64,000 nucleotides of DNA, taken from contig NC_045697.1 in NCBI RefSeq assembly GCF_009834535.1, positions 42,844,001 to 42,908,000 of the forward strand, read 5' to 3'. The notes under the pieces were generated by a model, which worked only from the letters and a program-made list of their open reading frames with translations, searched no databases and had not been told where the DNA came from. The position numbers were made by a program, and so were the translations under genes. This DNA comes from Camelus ferus. Its lineage: Eukaryota. Shown in pieces: positions 23,590 to 35,440 of the stretch. Each line of letters begins with the position of its first letter. Position 1 is the stretch's first letter.

Positions 23590-25030
23590 GAAAATAAAAC
23601 TTCTCAACTCCATATTCTCCTTTCTCTGTATTTTTCTGTTTCCCTTTACAGCAAAACTCCTCAAAGGTCTACACTTGCTGTCTCCAAGTTTCTCTCCTCT
23701 AAGTCTTTCTTGAATTCACTTCATTTGGGCTTTTTTGACACCACCAACACCCCATTCTTGTCAAGATCATTAATTGACTTTCCTTTTGCTAAACCCAGTT
23801 CTGAGTCCCCATCTGACTTGACCTATTAGCAGCATTTGACGCGGTTGACCACTCCATGCTCCCAGACACACCTGTTCACCTCAGATCACAACAATCTGCA
23901 GGTTTCCCTCACATCACTGGTCACCCCTTCTCAGTCTTTCTTGCTAGTTCTTCTTCAGATTCTTGACTTTAAAGGCTCTGGCCTCAGTCCTTGGAATCCT
24001 TCTATTCATGCTCATATTCTTGATAATATTATTCAATCTCAACTTAGCTCTAAGTGTCGTATGAACACAGATGCTCCTAAATTTATATCCAGCCCAGACC
24101 TCTCCTCATGAATTTTAGACTCTCAAATTTGACCACCTCCTTGACATCTGGGATGTAAAAAGTCATCTCAAAATTTACGTGTCCAAAGCATGCAAGTCTT
24201 CCTAACCACGTGGAACCTGGTTCACCTCATCTAAGTGAAAGGCCACTCCATTATTCCAGTTCTTCAGGCCAAACCCTTAAAGTCATTCTTTCTTCCCCTT
24301 ATAACTCACATTCAATCCTTCTGTAAATCCTGTTGTTTCTACCATCAAAGTATATCTAAGCTCTGTCTACCTCTCACCATCTCCATGGTTGCCACTGGTC
24401 TCTGCATGTATTATTCCAAAGCCTCCTGCCTGGTCTTTCTTTATTCATCGTTGGGGCTTAGTAGTCTAATCACTAAACAGTGGCCTGTGTGGTTCTTTTA
24501 GCACTTGTATCTGGTCATGCAGTCCTCTGCTCAAAGCCCTTCTGTGGGGACGTGGAAGCCAGGGATCTCGCCCATTTCCTCCCCATCCCTGTGTCTCTTG
24601 CTCATCTCCCACTCTCCCCGCTTTACTCTCCCAGGTACCCTGACTTCCTTGCTGTCCTCTGAACACACCAGGCCTCACACATTCGTGTTGCTGTCTTCTC
24701 TGCCTTGAACCATCTTCTCCATGATAACTGTGTCAGACATTGCTTGAAAAACATCGTAGTATGAAGCCTTGCCCTGACTACACTCTATATTGCACCCTCC
24801 ACTCGGTCACCAGTGCCCTGCACTCTCTACCCCTTCCCTTCTTTTTCTCTACAGCTCACATCACCCTTTGACATAGTGTTGTCTTTCCTTGTTACCTACC
24901 ACCCATTGCCCATTGGAACATAAACTCTAGGTAGGCAGGGAGTTTTGTATGTTTTCTTCACTGCTACATCCCCACTGCCTAATTCAGAGCATGACACTTA
25001 GTGGATACTGAAATAGTTATTGAATTAATA
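23590..25030 (+). mobile_element. LINE-2 (L2a-like) 3' portion, ~1.4 kb
   Basis: CTTGACCTATTAGCAGCATTTGAC, TATATCCAGCCCAGACCTCTC, and tail GGCAGGGAGTTTTGT...CACTGCTACATCCCCA...TTGAAT. Confidence 0.85.
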
Positions 25031-25538
25031 ATTGATTGCCTGAGTCAGTCCCTGAGCATTTCAAAGCCTACTTGTATAAATATCACATTGCTAGATATTA
25101 ATAAATAAAATAGAAGGAGGTATAGAATAGAACAGAAGAATAAGTAGAACAAAGGAAGGAACAGAATGTCTACATATGAAAAGGTCGCAGGAGTGCCAGT
25201 TTGTTTAGAAGAAGAGTAAGGTAAATCTAACTTTAAGTCTGCATTTTTATAGCAAAAGCTATGATTTCACTTTGGTTGTATTTGGGTTGGATTGAGGGTG
25301 GGGATGATGAAGATAGAAGGGAGAAATAAGGTAGCTTTATAAAGTTCCTTCTTGGTGCTGTCATTTGTATGAGACAGTTTAGTTTACCAAGAGCCCTTTC
25401 ACATGCAGCATTATTGTTGCTTTCGAGCCTCACAACAACCTTCCTGGATAGACATTCCTATACCCAAGTGGTAGATGAGGAATCTGGGGCTGTGAGAAGT
25501 TAAAGCACTGTCCCAGGGCTCTGCAGCTACTTGGTGAC

Positions 25539-25592
25539 GGAGACAATAAGAAAGGAGCCCAGTATGGAGACAATAAGAAAGGAGCCCAGTAT
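25539..25592. repeat. Perfect 27-bp tandem duplication inside a MIR fragment
   Basis: GGAGACAATAAGAAAGGAGCCCAGTAT x2 (25539-25565, 25566-25592). Confidence 0.95.
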
Positions 25593-27172
25593 TCGCTACA
25601 GGGAACATGGAATTAAGCTCTACCTCCTGATTTGTGAGAATGCATTACCACAAATACCTTAGGGTCTTAGTAAAATCACTTAGGGTTTACATATCTGACA
25701 CTAACAAAACCTAATGAAAACAAAAAATCCTGCTAAAATAATATCTGTACTACAGCTGGATAGTTTCACTCTACTGATCCATTATGTTACTATGATGTGG
25801 AGACAGCCATAGAATTTTCAGTCCTATAGTTGCAAGGGCACTTGAGACATCATTTAGTTTACCCTGCACATTGTTTTCAGACTGACCTGCAATAACAAGA
25901 GTAACAACGAAGATTACCAAGCACCCTCCATCACCCAGAGCACACAGGGGCCGTCAAAGAAGAATGCCAAACAAATCTGCATTTGGAGGCCGTGCAAGTG
26001 AGAGGAAAGTCCACATTCTTCCTTGGCGACCTGTTTTGGTGTCTACCAATGCTCACCGTGGTTGGTCTTCTACTTAACGGATGGGAAACATGGAGGAACC
26101 GAGCAGATTCCCTGGCACACCACTGAGCACTTTATACAAAGCAAATCTCAGTCCGTGGTTGGTGGGCCTGACACTTGCACACCTGGTCACCATTTACAAG
26201 TAGGGCTTTTATTTAGGGAGATGCCTGTTCCACAGACGTTCAGACAAGGCTTAACCTCCAAAGGAAGTTGGAAGGAGGCAGGGCAGCAGCGGGGGGGCTT
26301 CTTCCTGCTCCTCATGTTCAGGGGACACAGGAGGTAACTCAGGTGCTGCCCCCTTTTTATGCCTTTTTACTGTACCTTGTGGGTGGAAATGCTCTATTTT
26401 ACACCTTCGCTGATCTGATCAAGTGCTCTTCCTTCAGCTGGTAAACTTGCCTCTCGGCAGTATGACCAACTCAGGGATCCTCACAAAACGTCATTATCAT
26501 TATAAAGGCCAGCTAGGTGTGGGGGTGGGCCAGCTCTCCAGGAAGCAGTGCACCCATTGAGAGATCACATGTTCCTCCGTCCCACTGTCTCTCTGGAAGA
26601 ACTGTTACTCCAGCACAGCATCCCTTAGACATCTGCCTCTCAGGACTCCTCCACATTCTTAAAAATGATTGAGGACCTCAAAAAGCCTTTATGTAGGGGA
26701 GTTATAGTTATCAAAATATATCATATTATATATTGAACTAAAAAAAATTTTAACATATTAATTCTTTTAAAGGTAACAATAAGAAACCTATTATCTGTTA
26801 ATGTGGATGGCATATTTTTATAAAAAAACATGTTTTTTAAAAAAATTAGAGAAGAATGGCACCATTCTACATTTTTTTGTAAATTGCTTTAAAGCCTGGC
26901 TTTATAGAAGACAGCTAGGTTTTCATATCTGCTTCTGCATTTGATTTGTGGTAATATATTGTTGTTTGGTTGGATTATATGAAGAAAATCTGAGTTTATA
27001 CAGATACGTGATTGGAAAGGAGGAGTATTTTAATAGCCTTTTCAGATAATTGTGCATATTCATCTTTGATATTACATCAAAATTCAACAAATAGTAGTTT
27101 CTAAAAGATTAGTTGCGAGTTGGAATCTGAAGTTGTACTCTGTAACATGAAATCCATCTGTCATAGACTTTG

Positions 27173-27259
27173 TTTATTTATATGGAGGTACTGAGGATTG
27201 AACCCAGGACCTTGTGCATGCTAAGCATGCGCTCTACCACTGAGCTCTACCCTCCTGCC
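27173..27259 (-). mobile_element. Short camelid tRNA-derived SINE (Vic-1-like)
   Basis: Reverse complement of the same SINE head; 19-bp TSD CCATCTGTCATAGACTTTG at 27154-27172 and 27260-27278. Confidence 0.9.
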
Positions 27260-27426
27260 CCATCTGTCATAGACTTTGAATGGCTCTTTGATCCATGCAT
27301 AATTTTGAACATTGACCATTAGTCATTTGGAAAATATTCGTCCACTAAGTTATGCAGATCTTCCAAATGTTGACATAATCATTTAAAAAGATATTTTAAA
27401 AAAATTACATTTGTTAATATCACACC

Positions 27427-27905
27427 TGTTGTAGGCAGAATAATGGTCCCCTGAAGATGTCCATGTCATAATCCCCAGGGTGGGTATGTTAGGTTAAGGG
27501 GAAGTAAGGTGGCAGATGAAATGAAGTTTGCACATCAGCTGAACTTAACACAGGGAAATCAGCCGAGGTTATCCAGAGAGGTGCAGTGCAATCACAAGGG
27601 TCTTTAAAAGTGGGAAGCTGGAAGAAAGGTCAGAGGGAAAAGATGTCATGGCCCAAGCAGAAGTCAGAGAGATGCTACGTTGTTGGTTTTGAAAATGGTG
27701 GAAAAGGCCAAGAGCCAAAGAATAGGGGAGCCTCTAGAAGCTAGAAAACACACGGAAACCAATTCTCCCCTAGAGCCTTCAGACAGCCCTGCTGACATCT
27801 TGATTTTAGCCTAGAGAGACCTGTGTTAAAATTCTAGCCAATTATAACTATAGTAACTATTTTTTAAAAAGTGTTGTTTTAAGCCACTAAGTTTGTGGTA
27901 ACTTC
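27427..27905 (+). mobile_element. MaLR LTR (MLT1D-like)
   Basis: TGTTGTAGGCAGAATAATGGTCCCC start, CCTCTAGAAGCTAGAAAA..TTCTCCCCTAGAGCC, and GTTTTAAGCCACTAAGTTTGTGGTAA end. Confidence 0.85.
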
Positions 27906-28504
27906 TTCTGAAAAGAAATCATTTTCCTGACCATCAATGTCAACAGGAGAGATTTCAAATGCTGGGAAGTGGTCAAGCTCACAGTGGCAAATACAAGTTT
28001 TCTAAAGTTTTGCTTGAAATCTTACATTTTATCTCTGGCGACAAATATTGCCCATTGTTTTCCTTGTAGTGAGCAGCGTCCCTCGTGTATATTTGAGAAA
28101 ATGCCAGCCAAACGCCCAAGTCTGCTTGTCAGTTGCTCTTTCAAGTAAAAATGGTTCTCTTTGAGAACTGCTGCTCTACTATGATTTGTAACAGAACTAT
28201 TATTTGTTAAATAAAATATTATTTGTTAAAAAAAAAGGTATCCTTCAATAGTTTGGAAAATATTGAAATGCTTCTTACTTTTTAAGCTTTCTTACCTCCT
28301 ATTTTTAGGTGGTTTTTCGGTTTTAAAGTCACATTCCAAAAATACCTGGGAGGGACTCCCTGGTCTTCAGAAAGGAAATCTTTTCCAGTATTAAAAATAT
28401 TTTGGAGTGAATTTGAAAAATAAATCTTGTGGTTGAAAAATGAAGTCATAACTTTTGAAAGAACTGGCCCTGCCATCCTAAGTGAAGAATAAATTCTCTT
28501 AAGA

Positions 28505-30000
28505 CCAATGTATTTGCTTATTCACCAAGTATTTACTAAATATACCAGGCACTACACTTTGCACAGAGAGGGAGGAGGAGCCTAAGGCATTGTCCCTACC
28601 TTACATTCTAACGAGGGAGACCAGAGAGCTGACACCATCAGTGACCAAAGGATAATACTATGTGAGATGAGCACAGGGTGCCATGGAAACACACGAAAAC
28701 GGCAGCCAACCTGCCGGGGAGGACGTGAGGTGGGGGCTCTGGGAGGCTTCCTGGCGTTTGGGGCAGGAGCTGGGCTTGAGAAGGTGAGGAAGGAATTCGA
28801 AATGGGTTTCAGTTTTAGGGAGCAGCGCGTGTAAGAGGCTGGTGGTGAGGGAGCTGAGTGTATTTGGAAACCGTGTGTAGAGAGCTGCGAACCTGAAGCT
28901 GAGTATGAGGGCAGGGCGGGGTTGGTTGGCCTGGTCCTAGCTGGCCCCAGAGAGACAGGCAGGAGCCAGTGCAAGAGTACACGACCTTGTCTTCCTTGTA
29001 AGGAGGTGCACTTTGTGCTGAAGGCTTTACGGCACTCTCAAGTTTCTGGAAGAGAGGTCATCCAGTGCTGGGCCTGATTGCCCCATGTCCTCTCATAGCC
29101 CTTCCCTGGCACTGCCCTGTCTGGTCCCTGGAGGCTGCATTTCCCAGACCTGGTGTCTGCTGGCTTCTAGCTGGGTTTAGTCAAGAGAGGTACTGTTGGG
29201 AAATTGGATGATGGTGGGAAGGCAGACGTCAGGGTGTTTCTCCCTGACTCTTTCCACCTCCAGTAGCATCGCCAGCTGTAGCTCTGCCTTCCCCGTGGCC
29301 TCTTCTCTGCACAGGCCGGATGTAGTCCCCACTTCTGCTGGGTGACCCCAGGCTCTGGGCCCCAGGAAGGCCCCTCCTCCCCTTTGTCCCCCCCCACTTG
29401 GGAGGCAGTGGCTCTTCCTCCTGCTGTTGCTAATCTCTGGGTTGCTTCTTCATCCTTCCTTTGATGTCTAAGCTCTTTAATCACCTGCATAATCAATTTT
29501 TAGTAGGAAATTGCATCTGCTTTTCAGAGTTGCTTGTTTCCTGGCTGGATCCTGACCTGTACAAAAATGGTATAACTAAGTGACATTTGGGAATGATTAT
29601 TCAAACTGCAGGGGAAAATGAATTGCGTGGAGGGAGGTGGAAGCAGGGAGACCAACTGAGGGCGACGCAGTGACCTAGGCTGAGAGGTTGAGTGTAGGCA
29701 GTGGCCAGAATCTAAAACAAAAAGGGGTTAATTTGGGAGATATTAAAAAGGTGGAAACCACAATAGTTGTACCTGATGGGCTGTGGCAGTTGGGGAGTTA
29801 CAGTGATATCCATGTTCCTAGCTTGGGAAAATGAGTAGATGGTGAGGCCATCCCCTGGGATGGGAAATATTGAAGAGAGTAGGAAGATGATGGTTCCACT
29901 TTGGACATCTGGAGTTTGAGGAGTCGGTGAAATCAGTTATTGGACAGGTGAGTTAAGGCTCAAGTAAGAGACCTGGGCTAGAGGAGTCTCTGAGAGAATA
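28505..30000 (-). mobile_element. LINE-2 split by an ERVL LTR (LTR33-like, ~29065-29562)
   Basis: Antisense L2 tail ATTCACCAAGTATTTACT at the left and L2 body either side. The insert has GGCTGCATTTCCCAG and a TTTCCTGGCTGGATCCTGACCTGTACA end. Confidence 0.65.
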
Positions 30001-30949
30001 GAACAAAATTTCCCCAGTGTCTGTACCACAAAAGGAGAAGGAGGCTAGAGAGAAGGGGAGGACAGAAATAGATGGGAAGAGAAGCTACTGGGGGACAACA
30101 AAATTGTCAGCAGCCTACTTCTAGATTTACAAGGATCCACAGTGCTTTCCTGGCCTGTTGATTCAGTTTCTACTTCTCTCGAAAGGAGACTGGTTAGAAG
30201 AGATTTTGGGAAAAACTGGTTTGAACAAAGGGAAGGTAGTTGCAAAGAGGCTAACTCAGGCATGTCAACTTGGGATCTAATACTTAAGGCTGCTACTTTA
30301 TCACATTTTCTATATTAAAGGAGAAGTTCAGTATATATTGTCAAAACTCAGTTTCCTAAGTGCTAATAAATATGGGCCAGCCTTTAATGACTACTGAGCA
30401 GAGTGTTAGATGTTTTGAGAAAAAAGGGATTGCTCTGTCAGGATCAGAAAATGACCTGTAAAGACGAGGCTAGCCTGGGCCTTTCCAACAGGCTGGGGTT
30501 CAGCCAGCAGATGAGAAGGGGCAGACAATCCCCGTTGCAGGAGAGGTCGGCAAAAAGGCAAAGAAACAAGGCTGTATCTGTTCAAGGGACTGGGAGAAAA
30601 TAATCTGGAAGAAAGCACAGAGTCTACAGGAGACAGCTGAGACGAGGATGGTAGCCCCAGAATACAAGTGTCCTATCAGAAATCTGTCACGATGAGGAGA
30701 AATTTGATTTCTCTATACGATTCCAAAGGATGGCAGCCGAGCTGTTGAACAGAGGTACAGGAATCATATTTTAGCTCTGCCAGAGATACCCTGGGACAGC
30801 ATGCCCCGCCTTGGGAGACAGTGAGTTCTCCATCACCGCAGGTGGTCAAGATGGACAGAAGATGCTGGAGAGGGCTGTGGGGCCAGATTCACTTTTCCCA
30901 AACTGCTCTTCAAGGCCCATTAATGGGTCATGAAACCAGTTTAGTGGGT

Positions 30950-31369
30950 TGTATCAATGTGCTGGGGCCACCACAGAACAAAGCACCGTAGACTGCATGG
31001 CTTAAGCAACAGATGTGTGTTGTCTCACGGTTCTGGAGGTAGAATCCCCGGATCTGGTGTTGGCAGGGCTGGTTCCTTCTGAGGGCCGTGAGGGAAGACT
31101 GTTCCAGGCCTTTCTCCTTGGCCCATCGTCTCCCTGTGTCTCTTCAGAGCGTCTTCCCTCTGTGCATGTCTGTGGGTCCAAATTCCCCCTTTTTATAAGG
31201 ACACCGTTCCAGTCAGGTTAGATGAAGGCTCATCCTAATGACCCCATTTTAACTTGATTACCTCTGTTAAGACACCATCTCCAAATATGATCCCCCTCTG
31301 AGGTGTAGGGGTTGGGATTTCAACACATGAAGTTGGATGGGGGCAGTGGACACACTTAAACCCATAACA
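30950..31369 (-). mobile_element. MaLR LTR (MLT1A/B/C-like) inserted in a DNA-transposon fragment
   Basis: TGTATC...CCCATAACA termini, GGCTTAAGCAACAGA..TCTCACGGTTCTGGAGG motif, 5-bp flanks TGGGT/TGTGT. Confidence 0.85.
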
Positions 31370-31400
31370 TGTGTTTTCATCAGAATTTAAAAAGAATGAA

Positions 31401-31434
31401 ATAGGATAGGATAGGATAGGATAGGATAGGATAG
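31401..31434. repeat. (ATAGG)n pentanucleotide microsatellite
   Basis: Six to seven direct ATAGG units. Confidence 0.9.
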
Positions 31435-34400
31435 AAAACAGTAGAGGACGTCATCTCTGTGCGTCTGTGTGTGAGTCCTGGGTTGCAATGTAAAATGTCA
31501 CAGGTAAAATTTCTAAAGCTGAGAATTTGAGCTTTAGATTGAGGGGACGTTCAAAGGAGGATTTCAGAGTGGTCTCCCCTCCCACTCAGACGTGGGAAAG
31601 ATGCATCTGAGTGACTCGGCCTTGCTCTCTGCTACTCGAGGGCCACAGCTCTGTGTGCACAGGGTGGGCCCCCAGGGTCGTCCGTCTGGGCGGCTCATGT
31701 CTGTACGTCTGCGCAGCCCTGCCCGTGCCTTCCCGAGCCACGCAGGTCTCTGTCCGTACTGCCTGCTTTCCTTTTCCTGTGTGCCGTGTACACTTGCCTT
31801 TATTAAATCTTACTCCGCTGGTGCAGGAATCTCCTTGTGCTTTTTCTTTTCATGATGCTTTAACTCTTACTTAAAATTCCATTTGTAAGACTAATTTATT
31901 CTAAGCTTCACATTAAACTGCGTTACATGATATGAACTATATCGTACCTTTGTTAAGGGAAAATACTAGTTATAGAAACATAGCTGTATGCAGGCATACT
32001 ATTTTTCAGTTATGACGTTAGGGCTAAAAATATAAATCACATCCCTCTCTTCTGGGCGACTCTAGCAAGTGTCCCAGGTGCAATTTCCAGAGATAGCTCT
32101 CTACTTAGTGACAGAAGAGGTAGGACTGGTCTTGGCTGTGTGGATTTTCTGCCTGCATACTGCTTCACTTCACTCAGAATTTAATCATGGGGACTTGGCA
32201 TCTGTAGTCATCTGGATGACTGTGTTTGGGGGTGAGGGGTGGCTGTATTTTTTACACGTTTCAATCAACTGACAGGAAAATATGTCCTTTTGTATAACTG
32301 CAGTTTCTTCTAACTGCAGAAAGAAACATCCATTGGGAGGTGCTACGTTGCTATTCAGACCTCAGACGCGGGGTCAGGATGCAAAAGTCTGAGATGTAGA
32401 TGGACAGCTCAGAGTAGGTTGCATCAGTCACACAAAATGGATAAATCTGTTCCTTTTTAGTTAAAAAAATTCTGTGCATTGTGATCAGTGCAGCGTGTAA
32501 ACCCAGCACCTGCTCTTCTGCAGGTGAGCTATTCAGGTCCTGGAAGAGGTAAATTATGCGACGTGTCAGTTAAGCATAGAGGTGCAGGCAGTGCCAGTCC
32601 GTCATAGTGCTGTTATTTTAGGTTTCATCTTCTTTCCTGTTAACTGAGTTTTGATTAGGAGTCAGAGAGGATATTAGGAATTTCTGTCTTGATTCACCAC
32701 TATGATAAGCTCTTTAGGAGGAACCAATAGGTATTTTTTCCCTCTGAGTTATAGGTTGAAATGTAACTCCTTTGTCAGCAATTCTGAATTAAGGCACAGC
32801 TTTACTTATTAAACCATACTGACATAATAAAAGTGAGAAGAAACAGGAACTGTATTCTACCTGGTGGAAGAGATGGTCATAGCCATAAGCAACTTACAAA
32901 ATATCTCTTATAAGAAGTGCAGATAAAAATGATCACACTTACTGTGTTTTCCTTAGTTTCTGCAAAGCCTAGATATGGTCAGGATGTCACGGAGAAGGTT
33001 GCCTTCCTCTCCGAAGCCCACGTCTCCATCCTAGAAACATAGGAACTAAGTAGTGCACCAATAAGGAGAATTCAAAGGCCAGCCCCTTTGATTTCACGCA
33101 TCGGTGACATTGCTTGCCATCTACAAATCACAGTCCAGGTTCCAGTAGGGGGTGGGTGATGCTGGAGGAACTGCCAGAGCAGAGCCATCCTTCCTAAAAA
33201 GTTCACGCAGCCCACTGGGTAGCTCCCCCAGTCTATGTAATCTTTTACTCACCTCTTCTTGATCTGTTCACATGTTTATTTTGGCATTTTTCTTGAATTA
33301 TCTTTCTTCTCACATTGCCAACTCTTCCCTGAATCTTCCCATCAAATGGATATTTCCTGCTTTCCTGGCAGAAGCTTCCTTATCCACTCTACTCTCCTGC
33401 CCTACACATCTAAATTTCTTTACATCTAGTCTTGCCTCCTACAAACCCAAAGAAAGGCTTACCTTTCCACCTATTTTCATCCTCTTGGACATTTCTTATT
33501 CAATCATCCCCTCCTTCTTTAGAATCTTCAGTCTCTTCTTCCTTGTGGCTTTCTACAAAAAACGCACGAGAATATCCTGGTCTAGGGGAGAACATACAAA
33601 CATACACTCAAAAGTGAAAAGGCTCAGATTAGCTGAGATGCTAGCTCACCTGCAGCTTTCTCTCTGACCAGAGGGTGTCTTCTCCATGAACTGCAGCCCT
33701 TCGTTCTAGCTGACCAGGCCACTGGCATTAATAGTATTTTTATAAGTAAGAACCAAGTTATAGGTAGGCTTCTAGAAGAGGGAGCTTTATGGCTTCTGTT
33801 ATACCTCTCAGCACCTGGCTGATTTGAGATCAAGACTATATTCTATGTCCTTAAAGTCAAGCATTCTTTTGCAAAATACCTAATCCTTAAGGGAAAAGAG
33901 ATACAGTGCCTAGAGTTCCTGCTCAGAATTTTAATGATAAACTTTATTATAGTTTAGTGTATCACCAGCTCACGTTTTTGTAATCTTACAAGAAAATGTC
34001 CATTTCCACATATCCATTAAATATCTGATTCATTTTCTTGGCCCAAGATAATGCCTTACAGCTACATCACTGGCAAACCAGAGTCTGCATTGGACAAATA
34101 TAAGACTAAGTGTGATTAAGCTATTAAGTATTTTTAATTACCTTTTACTGTTCTTTGGATATAGTATGTTTTTGAGGACGCAGAAGCAGCACTGGCGTAC
34201 CTTGATGTTACAGAGCTTTATAGAACAGGCACAGACGGCTTCTTCATCATAATTGGCAGGGGTTCTGCTGTACATAATCTTGCAACAACATCTCAATTTT
34301 CTCGCTCTAGTGAATGTCAGAATGAGCACATGTACGGCATGAGTTATGGAGAGAGTGAAAAAAATTAAAATCTTTATAGCATTTTTATGCTTTGTCTTCC

Positions 34401-34884
34401 TTTTTGGTAACCAGATCTTGATTAAGAGGTAGAATTAACACCCAGTAGGACATCGAAATTTCTTGACTTGAATCCTCTGTGTCTCTTTCCCTTGTCTCTA
34501 GACAGGAAATGATTTATGGACTTCATGATCCTGAAACAATAAAAAATATCTGAAATGCATATTTGTTGTTTTCTACAAGCCAATTACATCTTGTTTACAA
34601 TATGAAATACAAAGGAAACTTGGAAGGAAAAATAAGTAAGTTGGTGTCATTTTGTTTTCATATTGCCTTATTATGTTTTATTTAATCTTCCTTGCATAGG
34701 GCGGTCATTCCCATGCCCTTCTCCATCCGTATCCATTTCTTTAGCTACTGGCCGTTTGTCACTTCCTCTCCTAGCAAATCTCCTTAGGTGAGGACAACAG
34801 TGATGCCTCCCACCCACAGAGAGTGTTTTGCTCTTTATGGAGGGCTTTTGCCTACACTCTTGGCACTTTTTCACAATCTCTCTC

Positions 34885-35440
34885 TTATTTTAAAATAGTT
34901 TTATTGAGATATGTTTCATATGCCATAACATTCACCCACTTAAAGTGTACAGTTCAGGGGTTTTTGATATATTCACAGAGTTGTGCAACCATCATCATAA
35001 TCTAATTTTGGAACATTTCAATATTACCCCAAAGAGCCCCTTGTTACCGTTAATAGTCATTCATGTTCCTATTCCCAACACCCTTGTCCCTTCCCCAAGG
35101 GGACACTACTCTGTTTGCTGTCTCTATGGATTTATCTATTCTGCACATTTCACATAAATGGAATCATACAATGCTTGGGACTGATCTCTTTTTCAGTATC
35201 TTTTGAGGCTGATTTCTTTACTTAGCAAAACATTTTTAATTTTCATCCAACTTGTAGCATGAATCTGTACTTCATTCCTTTTTAGTGCTGAATGATATTT
35301 CGTTATATAGATATATTATGCTTTATTTATCCATTCACTAGTTTATGGACATCTGGATTGTTTCAACTTTTTGGTTATTGTAAATAATGCCACTGTGAAC
35401 ATTAGTATAAAAGGTTTTGAATAGACGTATGTTTTGCTCT
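34885..35440 (-). mobile_element. L1 (L1MA/MB-like) 3' end
   Basis: TTTATTGAGATA..TTCACCCACTTAAAGTGTACAGTTCA..TTGTGCAACCATCA..ATAAATGGAATCATACAAT signature. Confidence 0.85.

Larger units (their letters stand above)
26625..28160. mobile_element. hAT DNA transposon fossil (Arthur1/Tip100-like) interrupted by a SINE and an MLT1 LTR
   Basis: CAGGACTCCTCCACATTCTTAAAAATGATTGAGGACCTCAAAAAGC and CTGGCTTTATAGAAGACAGC motifs. Family name from memory. Confidence 0.6.
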
